Source: Lama guanicoe (lineage: Eukaryota). Taken from it: a stretch of DNA of 64,000 nt. Location: assembly GCA_013239625.1 (NCBI GenBank), contig MU054187.1, positions 16,632,941 through 16,696,940 of the forward strand, read 5' to 3'. The translations under genes and the position numbers were made by a program. The notes beneath the pieces are model-generated. The model did not search any database and was not told the DNA's origin. It saw only the letters and a program-made list of their open reading frames with translations. This document shows, one piece after another, positions 26,500 to 37,896 of the stretch; the first letter of the stretch is position 1; every line of letters starts with the position of its first letter.

Positions 26500-27560
26500 A
26501 ACACACACAAACTCACACCGAAAAGCCTCCCATGTTGATGTTCTTCAAGGATGGGTCCATGGCTTGTGTCCCCATAATGCTATATATTTTCGAAGAAGTC
26601 TCTAAGTCAATGAGTCTAAATACACACCAAACACAGACTTCTCTTTGGATTGTAAGTGTACCTAAACACAAGTTTCCCCAAACTGAAAGGATCTTCTCCC
26701 CAGAACTGATCTCTTCCAGGGTCCTCTGTCTTGGTGGATGGCACCATCACTGATTAGGCACAATCCTGGGACACTGACATCTCCTTCTCTCTCACCCTCC
26801 ATATCAAACTATTACTAAGTCTAGATAATTTTATGGTCTAAGTATTTCTCAAATCTGTACAGTTCCGTTTATCACCATGGACATCACCAAAACCCAAGCC
26901 ACCAAGTCACGCCTCAGCCCCTGCAATAGCCTTGTAACGGCTTACTTGGCATCCTCCTTGGTTATCTTCAGATAACTTCCCAGGCTACAACCAGAAAGTT
27001 CTTTATAAAACTGTAACACCGCACCTGCTTAAAACTTGTCAGAAGTTTTCCACTTCTCTTAGAACAAAGACAAAATCTGTGTATTTCCTATCATGGCAAA
27101 AACTGCTACTTCATTTCAGCCCTTGCTTTATGCCCTCCAAATTTCTCTTTCATTCAGTTCCTTAATTAAGCCAAAGTCACTCCCACCATGAAGCTTTTGC
27201 ATTCTTAGCCCCCTCTACCTTTTCCCCTTTTCCTCTTATTAACTCCTACTAGGACTTCAAACCTCAGTTTGCCTATCAGTTCCTCAGAAAAGTTCATCCC
27301 AACTATCCAGAAAGAACCTAGTTATTGAGAATGTATAACTAGGTTCTTTCTGGATACATTCTCACAAAACACTTTATTTTCTTACAGAGTTCTTTTTGTA
27401 GTTTATGTCAGTTGGAGTCATAGTTTTATGAATAGCTATCTTCCCCAAGACTCTAAGCTCCATGAGACCAGAAACTCTCACAGAACAGAGCAGAGAGCCT
27501 GGTTCATAGTAGGTTCTCAATAAACATTGCTGAATGAATGGATGGATGGAGGGATAAAAG
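26500..27560. mobile_element. L2 3' region ending in (TGAA)n(TGGA)n tail
   Basis: CTCCTTCTCTCTCACCCTCCATATCAAAC...CTGCAATAGCC...CTAAGCTCCATGAGACCAG...TAGTAGGTTCTCAATAAACATTGCTGAATGAATG. Confidence 0.85.
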
Positions 27561-27599
27561 AACAGATGGATGGATGAGCAGAGGAATTATCAAGGCAAA

Positions 27600-29420
27600 T
27601 GAAAAATGGAAGGAGAATTAATTCTCAAAGCAAGATAGGGTAAGTTTCTTGAGGTCATGGCTTTTGAGCTGAACCATGAGACTAAGAAACAGGGGAAAGC
27701 TCTTTCAGGTTAAGGGGAGGGAAGCTTTTTAAAAGTCAAAAGCCATAAAACCTTTTAGATATGGTTGGCATGATAAGTTAGCCAGAGCACGAATCTGTGA
27801 GGCATTATATATAAATTTTGTAGACAGTGAGAAACCATTGAAAATTTGGAGGGGGAGTGTGCCACTATTTAACCTGTTGAAAGATAAATTGAATTTAAAG
27901 CATGGACCTGAGAGTCAAGAGAATGGAAAGAGAAAAACTAGTGAAAGGCTACTTGGGAAAGAGAGTGAAGGTCTCAGCCAAGGCTGTGGAATTGGAGACG
28001 AAAAGGAGAAAAGCGCGAGGTACTTTTTAGAGAATGAACCAATTGTACTGGGTGACCATTCAAATGGAGGAAGAAGGTGATGAGATTCAAGGTGACTTTG
28101 ATTTCTTTGTCCCACAGTTTAGAGGGTTTACCCTGGCCCTGGTCTGGATATGCTTCCCCTTTGGGGCAAGGAATCCGCAGATCTAAAAGAGATGTCCCCT
28201 GGGGCCCACTACCCATTACCAAATCAGCTCTGGATTCTGAGACTGTAGATACCAAACCCAAACTGCCCCAAATCCACTTCTGTAATTGGTGCAGTCCTCC
28301 TCTTTGGGTCCATCCTCTGATATGCCTCTTTTAGCCTCAAGAGATGCTCAAAAGATAGCTGTTTGCAAAGGTACAGATGCAGCCTGCCCCTGAGGTATGG
28401 GGGTGCACAGGGTATTGGATGCAGCCAGGAGGTCAGGAAGAAGGAGCAGGTCTGGAATGGTTCTCATCCTTTGTTATGCTCTGGGGAGGAATTCCCAGAA
28501 AGTTGAGAGAAGTTTAAATTTGAACCTGACCTTCAGGATTTTATGGAGACATATTTGCCAGAAAAGGAGAATCAACTACACTCAACTGTTAAGATATCAG
28601 ACCTAGCGACACAGACTCGAGGGTAGTCGGTGTGGAGCTGTTCACTGACGCCACAGATATGCAGGAAGTCCCCTCTGGACCAAGCACAGATTCAGAGTCA
28701 TACAGAAGACTGGATGTAGGAAAGGCAGAAAGAACGGAGCCAGTGAATGAGACTTAGATGGAGCAGTCATAAATGTAGAATGCTTCTCAGATGAGCAGTC
28801 AGAAAGGTAGACACTTGAAAGCCAAGGGAGAGTTTTCAAAAATAGCAGGATTATTAATAACATCTTTTTATAGAGAGGTCAAGCTGGATGAGACCTGAAG
28901 AGTGACCAATAGATTCTAAATGACCTTTTAAATAATTGTTGCAATGGTATTTTATGGGCAGTTGTAAGTTCTTAAGGGATTCAGAAGGAAATGAAACATG
29001 GAGAAAGAAAGGGTCATGAGTAATGAACATTTTCCTGAAAAATTTAGTAGTGAAAGGAATAAAAGAAAGGAATGGGCAAGTTTTTATTAGGATAAGGGAC
29101 AATCAGACTTGTATCCAATGATGTGGAAGACATGAAAGGTGCTGAGGAAAGGTACATGTTGATTGAGGATGTATCAACATACCTGGGAAGTAGCAGTGGG
29201 TTAAAGTGGGTTAAAAGGGATGCCAGACTTAGTCTGAAAAGCAGGGGCTGCCATTATAAGTGAGTTAGAAAGGAAGTAAGTATTAGCGATTGAGAGAATT
29301 TGCATCTGGCGTTCTCCAGTTTTTTCTGTGATATATAGAACATGTTGTTGGAGGATTGTTATATGAGTGGTTTAAGAAAAGCAGAAAACTTCTGGAAAAA
29401 TCACTGTAGGAAAAAAAGTA
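27600..29420. mobile_element. L2 fragments, opposite orientation to 26500-27560, with an unassigned insert at ~28120-28450
   Basis: Purine-rich L2 motifs (GTAGACAGTGAGAAACCATTGAAAATTT; AGAGGTCAAGCTGGATGAGACCTGAAGAGTGACC). Confidence 0.6.
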
Positions 29421-29736
29421 GCAAGTTAACTCATTAAATGAATCAGTGAGCCACACTGTACCCCATTTTATAGAGCAAAGGCTGCTCTATGCATTGTCAT
29501 CAAATAATTCAGGTTTGGTCATGTCTCTCTTTCTGGGCAGACTCAATGAAATGAGAGTGGACAAGTGAAGACAAGGAAATGGCAGCAAGAAAGAGATGGA
29601 GGCAAATCTTGACTGTATCTTCCTGTTCTGAAATATGAAATATAAATTTGGGGCAATGATGCACTTTAATTTGAGAAAGTTCCAGGGAAAGCTAGATCAT
29701 CTGAAGGGATCCAGTTTTCCACTACAGTGGAGGAGC

Positions 29737-30264
29737 TGTGGGAGGCAGAATAATGGTCCCTAAAGACGTCCACGTTTTAATCCCCAGAACCTGTGAATAT
29801 ATTATCGTATACGGCAAAAAGGACTTTGCAGAAGTGATTAAGCATAAGGATTAGAAGACTGAAAAATTCTCTTGGATTATCTCAGTGGAACCAATTGAAT
29901 CAAATGTGTCCTTAAAATTTGAGAAACTCTTCTGGTCGTGGTGAGAGATGGCAGTGTGAGAATGATCGGACACCTCATCGCTGGTTAAGGGAAGTAAAGG
30001 ACCACCGGCAAGGATGGACAGAGGCTTTCTCTAAGGGGGCCTCTCAGCTGACAGCAAGGAGCTGACAGCAATCTCAGTTCTACAACTGCACAGAGTCCTC
30101 CCTCGGTATCCGCAGGGGATAGGTTCCTGCACTTTGATTCTTCCCTGGTGAGACCAATCCTGGACTTCCCACCTACAGAACTATGAGATAATAGACTTAT
30201 GTATGCTATTTAGGCTAAGTTTGTAATCATTTGTTATAGCAGCAATAAAAAAAAAACAAATACA
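29737..30264 (+). mobile_element. MaLR LTR (MLT1D-like) with TSD GGAGC/GGGGC
   Basis: TGTGGGAGGCAGAATAATGGTCCCTAAAGACGTCCAC...GGACTTTGCAGAAGTGATTAAG...TTGTTATAGCAGCAATA...AATACA. Confidence 0.9.
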
Positions 30265-33200
30265 GGGGCCATTATACACATAAATTGAGACTTTATAGTA
30301 GTTTTCTGACAAAAGAATGGGGATTTTAAGGAAAACATAAAATATTTAGGAGGGTATCAATAAAGACTTTTCAGTTTCCAAAAATGCATGGATAATTGAT
30401 TTTTTTAAAGTCATACACTCATAACATTACACAGAGATAAAGGATCTCACATTACATGACTTAAAAGAGAAATTACATAATAAAATGTGAAAAATCACAA
30501 AAAACTGTGAAAAATCAGTTTGACAATTTGTCCTCAAGGAGTTTTTATAAGTTGAAATGAAAAATATTTCGTATCAAGAACTCCACCACAAACCATTACT
30601 TTTTGTAATTAAAGAAAAACATTGTTTTGAAAATAAAATGAGGTGAATTTCTACTGTCCTAGGAGATTGACAAAATGAAAAGGACTGACCTCTTGGCTCC
30701 TATTTAAATCTAGAATGGGTCTAGGAAAGCCTTGGTCTTAGTCCCGGTGCTTGGTCCAGCTCATATGGCAGTGTTGAAAATTGCTCAAGAAAAAGAAAGA
30801 AAGAAAAAAAAAATCTCTTGGCGCCTTTTGTGATTTCATAGCAAAGATAAGTTTCATTCCATCCTGTTTCCATTCAAGTCCTACAGGGCCCGCTGGTCCG
30901 GGAAAATTGCTCCTGACAGAGGACTGAAAACAAACGGGAGCGGGCCTGATTTTGCTGATGTGCAGAGAGGCTTCCCAGAATTTCCTCTTGGCAAAAGCAG
31001 ATCTTTCAATTTACATAAAAAGTGACTGTGTTTTTCCTTTCACTTGTACCCTTTTGATTTACATTCTTCCTTATTGACTCACTTCTTCCTGGCGTGTTAA
31101 AAATCAGTCCTCAAATTCTAGAGTGACTAAGAATGCCTCTTGGCTGGCCCTTCCTCGGGCAGTGCTCCTCCATGACCACACTCTCTTTCTGGTCTCAGCT
31201 CCTTCATGCCCATGACTCGCCTGAAGAACGGGGCTCATTCTGGGGTGGCCCCTGTGGACTCCTTTGCTCTGCATGTGGGGAAAGTAAAAACTTATTAATG
31301 GCCCAAGACCCTGTGTGGTATTTTAGTGCCTAAAATATTTTAAAGAGCATAATTTTTGTTAAAGGAAGCAAATGTAGTGAAATTTTAGTATACAAGGAAG
31401 TAAAGTGGCAATTTTTAGGAATAATGAAGAAGGATGGTTTGAGGAAGACTTACTAACAAAATGAATTCTGTAAATTTGTATCCATTTAAACTGGTAAAGG
31501 GAAGCAGAAAGTAATAATAAAAGGACCACAGTTTCGGGGACTAGATAGAACTAACTTTGATGTGAACACAAGTTTTGTGACATTAGCTCTGTGATCTTGG
31601 ACTTAATATTTAATCTTTGGGAGGCCCAGGTTTATGTTTTCTGTTGTTCCCATCCCTAAATAGGGATGGTGACACCTACCCTACCAGTCAGTCATTGTAA
31701 GGATTGAAACACCATAATTCCTGACACATTGAACAACTGCTTGGCATCCTGTATGCTCATTGAGGGTAGGAAGGATGTCTTCTCATTTTGTTCTCTTCAT
31801 GCTAGACACACAAAAGATACACATTGAATGGCTGAACAACGGCAGCTGTGTGAATAATCTGGAAAACAGACAATTGGAATGAACGTATTCCTAGTGGGGA
31901 AACTTACATGTGGCTTTCCATGGAATGAGACCTAATTTCATGGATAGCCAATATTTGCAATTGGGTTGCATACTGTGGGAAGATACAGGTTGACCAGAAA
32001 GCTACCCAAAACCTTGCTTTTAAGGTCTTGCAATTAAGAGACAACTGGCCTGGGACTACAAACCCTTATAAAAATAAATAGAAACCCTTTATACACATTC
32101 TTTTCTTTTTTTAAACACTAGAATCAATGGATCTAGGCTGTCATCCATTTAATATTAAACTGCATTAGGAGTTTATATTAGACAATGGGATTCTTCTCCT
32201 TGAACAACCAAATACAGGGAATATATTTGGTGGGGCAGTTTGGTAATTTTGGGGTTTTGATGTTTTCCTCTAAGAAACCCCTGATCCCAGAGTCCAGAAA
32301 AACTTAAAGCTAGAATTGGCCAAAGATTAACTGGCATGATGGCTTGAATTTATTCTGTCTCATTCCCATGGTTCTTAACAACAACCTCTTAACTTATCTG
32401 GAACCCGGTAGTAAGAATATCGTTGAGCTAAATTTGGGCTCTTTCTCATAAATAAATATGGTAACCGGGAATAAGAAAAACACATTACCGGTTAATCAGT
32501 AAAAGACTTGACTTAAAAATACATGGATTATTATTAGCATTATTTTTAATGTATTTTTATAGCCAATGTGGCTTGCTGTGGCTTGCATTCAACCAAAAAC
32601 GATTCAGAAATATTTTAAGGCCATGTTTTGAGGACAGTCAATCAAATTTAAATAAAGCACTTGTTTTAAAATGGCATCTTTAAATGTTCAACTAAAAGAA
32701 TGAGGGCTTCCTTTAGCCTTAAAATAACATCATGCTTGTTTTAGTGAATCTAACTGCACCAGGGAGTGAATATGAATCACTCCTAATTTCATTAATCTAT
32801 TTATGTTACTGCTCATTGTCTGAATCATCAAAGTATGATGATGTTCAGGCTTTTAAGGAGCATGAGATTTTGTTCTTTGTTTTGCAATAGATTAAGAAAT
32901 TTATATCATATATTACTTGGGAGTGTCTACTATGAGTGGAAAAAGTAATCAAAGACATGCAGTGGCAAAACATTTCTGTACCTGATAACGTAAACTCAAT
33001 GGATTTAAGCAATTTAAAATACTTAGCTTGTTATTTTGTAGCAGTAAATATGATGAAGAACAGAATTAGATTATAGTTTTTAACAGAAAACAGAACAAAT
33101 TTGTTTGTTTCTAATTAAACTGATTCATTAGCTATGTTATAATAACTAACACACTAAGGAAAATATTGTTAAATAATTAAATATGGAGGCACTCAATGTT

Positions 33201-33451
33201 ACAATATTGCATTGTTTTAATCAAGGTGTCAGTTCCAGTAATGTAGATGGCCCTGGGTTATGGACCTGGGACAAATAAAGCTGAAGAGATTTAAGGGACA
33301 GAGATGCTGGAAAAGCAGAGAAGTAGATAATGAAGAGATGATTCAGTGGTGAGGGCTGAGCTAGTGTTCTGGAAGCAGGTCAGAAAATTGGGCAAGATAG
33401 GGGGAAATGGAAGAAGAGAGGTTTATAACTTTTATTATTAAAAGAAAATGT

Positions 33452-33596
33452 GGTGGGGAGAGTATAGCTCAGGGGTAAAGTGAGTGCTTAGCAGGCAGGA
33501 GGTTATGCACAAGGTCCTGGGTTCAATCCCCAGTACCTCCATTAAAAATTAATAAATAAAAACGTAATTATCTCTCCCTCAAAAAGAAAAAAAAAA
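33452..33596 (+). mobile_element. tRNA-derived SINE, camelid Vic-1-like
   Basis: GGGGAGAGTATAGCTCAGGGG (A box)...GGTCCTGGGTTCAATCCCCAGTACCTCC (B box), AT-rich tail and polyA. 12-bp TSD AAAAGAAAATGT (33440-33451 / 33597-33608) at a TT/AAAA L1-endonuclease site. Confidence 0.88.
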
Positions 33597-33992
33597 AAAA
33601 GAAAATGTACCTCGGAAATCGACATCCATCAGCTCCAATTTTAGTTCCACTGATTGCTTACAGCCTGACCTCAGGGTCACATCAGAGCCAGCTCTCTCAT
33701 TTGGAAACTTGAGATAACGCTTGCTTCTTATGGCTGTTTCATGTGTACCCACCATTAGGCATTATCTTTGGACTGATCTCTTCTCTTCAGGAACTTACAT
33801 TTTAGTAGAGGAGAGAATGTGCACTCAAGTAAAGACTATACTAATAGAGTGTGACGTATGCAGTGTGTGCACAAAGTCCTCCAATGACAGAAAGATGGGA
33901 GGGATGAGCTCTGTGTGGACAGAGGAGGGTAGCCTGCACAGAGAAGGAGACACTTAAAGTTCATCTCATTATTGATTATCTAAGGTAGGGAC

Positions 33993-34400
33993 CTGTCTTC
34001 ATCTGCTTGGGCAATAAAATACCATAGATTGGTGGCTTAAGTGACAGAAATTCATTTTCCTACAGTGTTAGAGGCTAGAAATCTGAGATCAGGGTGCCAG
34101 CATGTTTGGGTTCTGGTGAGAGCTTCTCTTTCTGGCTTGCAGACCGCTGCCTTCTTCCTGTGTGTCCACATGGTCTTTCCTTGGTGCGCCTACTGAAGGA
34201 GAGAAGCTGCCACTGTCTCTTCCTCTTCTTAGAAGACCACCAGTCCGATAGGGTTGGGGCTCCACCCTTATGACCTCTTTGAACCTTCATTTCTTCCTAA
34301 AATGCTGATCTCCAAATACAGTTACATTGGAGGTTAGGGCATCAACTTGTGAACTGGGCTGGGGGTAGGGGGTGGGGAATGTGATTCAGTCCACAGAACA
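33993..34400 (-). mobile_element. MaLR LTR (MLT1A/B-like)
   Basis: AAAATACCATAGATTGGTGGCTTAA...GAGGCTAGAAATCTGAGATCAGGGTGCCAGC...TCTCCAAATACAGTTACATTGGAGGTTAGG...TTCAGTCCACAGAACA. Confidence 0.88.
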
Positions 34401-34914
34401 CCTAGTTAGAGGCAGGCAGCAAGGCTGCAAAGACGAAGGGACAGTGGATACAGAATCCACAGGGAGAGGCTGAACAAAGGAACAGAAGCTCAGGAAGGCA
34501 GTCTAGTCCGCTGGCCATTCTTCACCAGAGCTGAAGTTCTTCACAATAAGGCAATTTTTCTCAGACTAGGATTTTTTGCATATTTCCAATTTTTTAGGGC
34601 AAAAGGCTGTCTCTAAGTGCAGCTATCTCAGGCCATCTGGTGTAGCTCAGTGGGAGCACATGGCTGAAGAAATGATGCCAATATAGGAACAGATGACAGA
34701 GAAATGGGAAGAGCCATTGTCCCCTCCACCTTTGATTCTTCCATGGGGCCGGACACACTAGCAGATGTTCAATCCGAGTCAGTTAAATTAGCCTGATAGG
34801 AAAATCCACAAACTATAAAAACAAACTTGAGTTTTTGGCCCGGTGATGATGGAATGTATCTTCTTTTCAGAAAAAAAGAAAATAAAATTACTGCTTAATA
34901 TTGCAGGAAGGGTG

Positions 34915-35139
34915 AGGTATTTGTTTGGGAGTTTGAGATTTGCAGATACTCACTTCTATGTATAAAACAGATAAATAACAAGTTTCTACAATAGAGCATA
35001 GGGAACTACATTCAATATCTGGTAGTTACCTATAATAAAAAAGACTATGAAAAGGAATCTATGTATGTATATGTATGACTGAAAAATTACACTGTACACC
35101 AGAAATTGATGCAATATTTTAAGCTTCAATTTAAAAAAA
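34915..35139 (+). mobile_element. L1 3'UTR end (lineage-specific type)
   Basis: GGGAGTTTGAGATTTGCAGATACT...AGCATAGGGAACTACATTCAATATCT...TGTACACCAGAAATTGA...polyA. Homologous to 54880-55100. Confidence 0.85.
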
Positions 35140-35239
35140 TCCAAATTACATATTCTCCAGAAGCTCAGAAATGTTGAACTCAGGGAAGAGTGGGTGTAAA
35201 CAGAGTGCTGTGATATGAATGCCCTTTCCACTGTCTCTT

Positions 35240-35545
35240 CTGTGTGCACAAGAGGACTGGAATTCTGCCGCCTTCTTTCAAATTAGATAGGGGTCAATGA
35301 CCAAGCGTTGGCCAATGGGATGTGGGCAGCTGGGTTGCAAGCTGCTTCCAGGCCCAGACCTTAGATCTCCCTTGAGTGGTCCACATACTCTTTCTTCACT
35401 GCTGTAGGTGACACCCTGTCTTGGAGACCACATACTGTACCTTCTGAAGTTGTGAGATAGAGGTGGCTCACCTTACCCAAACTGGCTTTATATGAGTGAG
35501 AAGAAAATTTTTTATTGTGTTCAAATCACTTAAATAAAGTATAAG
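35240..35545 (+). mobile_element. Old MaLR LTR fragment (MLT1J/K-like)
   Basis: GGGGTCAATGACCAAGCGTTGGCCAATGGGATGTGGGCAG...ATGAGTGAGAAGAAAATTTTTTATTGTGTT. Confidence 0.6.
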
Positions 35546-37724
35546 TTAGTTTATCTAACATATTACCCTTTCCATGTGTGAGGAAATGTGTTTTCTGTTC
35601 TGCTTAGTTCTATTTTATTTTAGTTTTCAAAAATGCTGGTCCCGACCTACTCGGCTGATTTAATGACCCCTAATGGTCCTGAGCTTTAGTTCAAAAAGCA
35701 TCCCTTTAAAGAATGATACAGTTCAGGCAAAGTAATGCAATGCTCGCCACTAAAACAGTTGGTTTGAATCACATTGTTAAAGACCTTTGGGCCATGGTTC
35801 AGACTGATCACAATTAGGAGGTTTCATTGTCTTCTTAGGTGGTTAAAATCCTACCCCAGTCTTCTCACTGATTGCTAACAATGGGAACTAACTCTGAAGA
35901 CTTGCATTTTTCAAAATAAGGCAAATACCATTAAAACATTATAAATATTCATGACACACTCCATAGAAAAGACAAAGGAAATGAGATACTAGTTTTGAAA
36001 TGATAGCGTTTTCCCCTTTCTTGATCTGTGAAGGTTCAGACTGCCTTATTGGGTTTCATTTTCACGCACCGTCTTCTTCAGTCTAGGATTCCAAAGCTTT
36101 CATTCCTATCTAAAGCTTTCTGAAACAGTCTGGCTGAGGCACATCTCCAGGAGCTGTTATCCCTCCAGCTGCTCTTCCTCCTTGAGGCTTACGTCCTCCA
36201 GGACAAACATGAGGTCAGTTAGATGTTGACCTTGTAATTAACTCAAATACTTAAGCTCTGAGAAAAGTTGTTCACTCTCTAGACATGTCACCGGGGAGCC
36301 AAATCTTTTCTCCCTGTGCTCATGGCACCCTGAACCATGACTCTTTCATGAGACTTCGAAACTGTTCACAAAGAGAAGAATGTTGTCAGGGTAGCACCCT
36401 CTCACCCCCTTTTGTTTGTTTTTGATTCTTTGCTTAAAGTAATATACTGGTCAAGCAAGAGGGTGTTGGGTTTAGAGACAGCAGATCTCTATCGTTTCTG
36501 AAAAATGTAAGAAGTCTGGATACCCTGGTGTAGCCCAGGCTTAGATCTGACTCAGCCCACCCCCCATCTGTGGGTTTCAAATGATTTTAAACCCTAAGGA
36601 GATTTTTTTTGGTCTATCCTGTGTCTACATAAAACGTTTGATGACAAGGAGCCAAGTAAACTTTCTGTTGATCAGAACTTTAATTTAAAAATTTTCTTTC
36701 ATTAAGCCAACTTATTATTTCAACATAACACTAGGAGCAAATTTAAAACAGATTTTGACCTCACTTCCTCACAGGTTAAAATTCTCTAATGTTACTTAGT
36801 TTTGGGGAAAAATGATTAGTAAATCTTTTTGCCTGCATAGTTAAAAGCATGTGGTCATGGTCTTATGTGAAGATTCCATATTCTGTGGATTTGCAGAACA
36901 GGAAGAGAAATGTAAGAAAGTATCTAATAAAATCACAAAATGCTAGATAACCAGCAAAGTACAAATGATTAATACTCAACTGTGATGTTGTCATTTACAA
37001 CAAGGCAGAATCTACTAAAAGTAAAAGTGATCCATTTATGTCAGATATTTAAAAACAGAACAGAAGTCATGGTAAACCTTAAAGTGCCATCCTGGACTTA
37101 TTCTAGTTGCAATAAATTAACCTCTACTACTAGTTCCTACATTGATTATGAAGCATGATTATTGTTTAAGGCCACTGATATCTGGGATGAACCAGAAGCA
37201 AAGATAATTAGGTTATTATAGCCATGATGGTTGCTGACATTTGGGAGGAAGTAGAAAGCAGCAGAGTTAGAAAGGAGTGGGAATCATCTGAAGCACACAA
37301 CCATGGGAGTCGATGGAGTTTTCACTGTAGAGAGCAAACGGGGGACAGAATCAAAGACTCTCGAACATCATGTCAAATGAATTAGATATTCCTCCTTTTA
37401 CATGGAAAACCATCAAAAAGGCTTTAAAGCAGTGTAAAGCCCCATTAATTTAAAATTTAGATAGCAAGCCTCATTGTCAAAGACAGATTGGACGGCTGGA
37501 CTGGAGGCCAGAATTCAGAGGTAGCAACCTAAACTTAAGACGGGAAAAGTAGAAACGGGGAGTAGTGGGTAGAAAAGGATATGTAAGACGATGCAAATGG
37601 AGAATTACCAGAACTAGGGGATCAACTGAGTGTGAGAGTGAAGAAGTGGAAATTTAAAAATGATCCCAAGTTCCCTTTCATGGTGACTGCATAGATGGTG
37701 ATACAATGAAAAGAACATAGTAAA

Positions 37725-37896
37725 CAGATACACACTATTATATATAAACTAGATAAACAACAAAGACCTACTGTATAGCACATAGAACTACATTCGATAT
37801 CTTGTAATAACCTATAACGAAAAAAATCTGAAAAAAGCTGAATCGCTTTGCTGCACACCTGAAACACTGTAAATCAACTCTACTTCAATTAAAAAA
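37725..37896 (+). mobile_element. 5'-truncated L1 3' end with 17-bp TSD, inserted in an L2 (~37350-37990)
   Basis: AGATAAACAACAAAGACCTACTGTATAGCACA...GTAAATCAACTCTACTTCAATTAAAAAA. TSD GAAAAGAACATAGTAAA (37708-37724) / GAAAAGAATATAGTAAA (37897-37913). Confidence 0.9.

Noticed and set aside
33452..33541. Possible tRNA-Ala gene
   Set aside because: An internal duplication disrupts the cloverleaf, and the polyA tail and TSD show it is a SINE.
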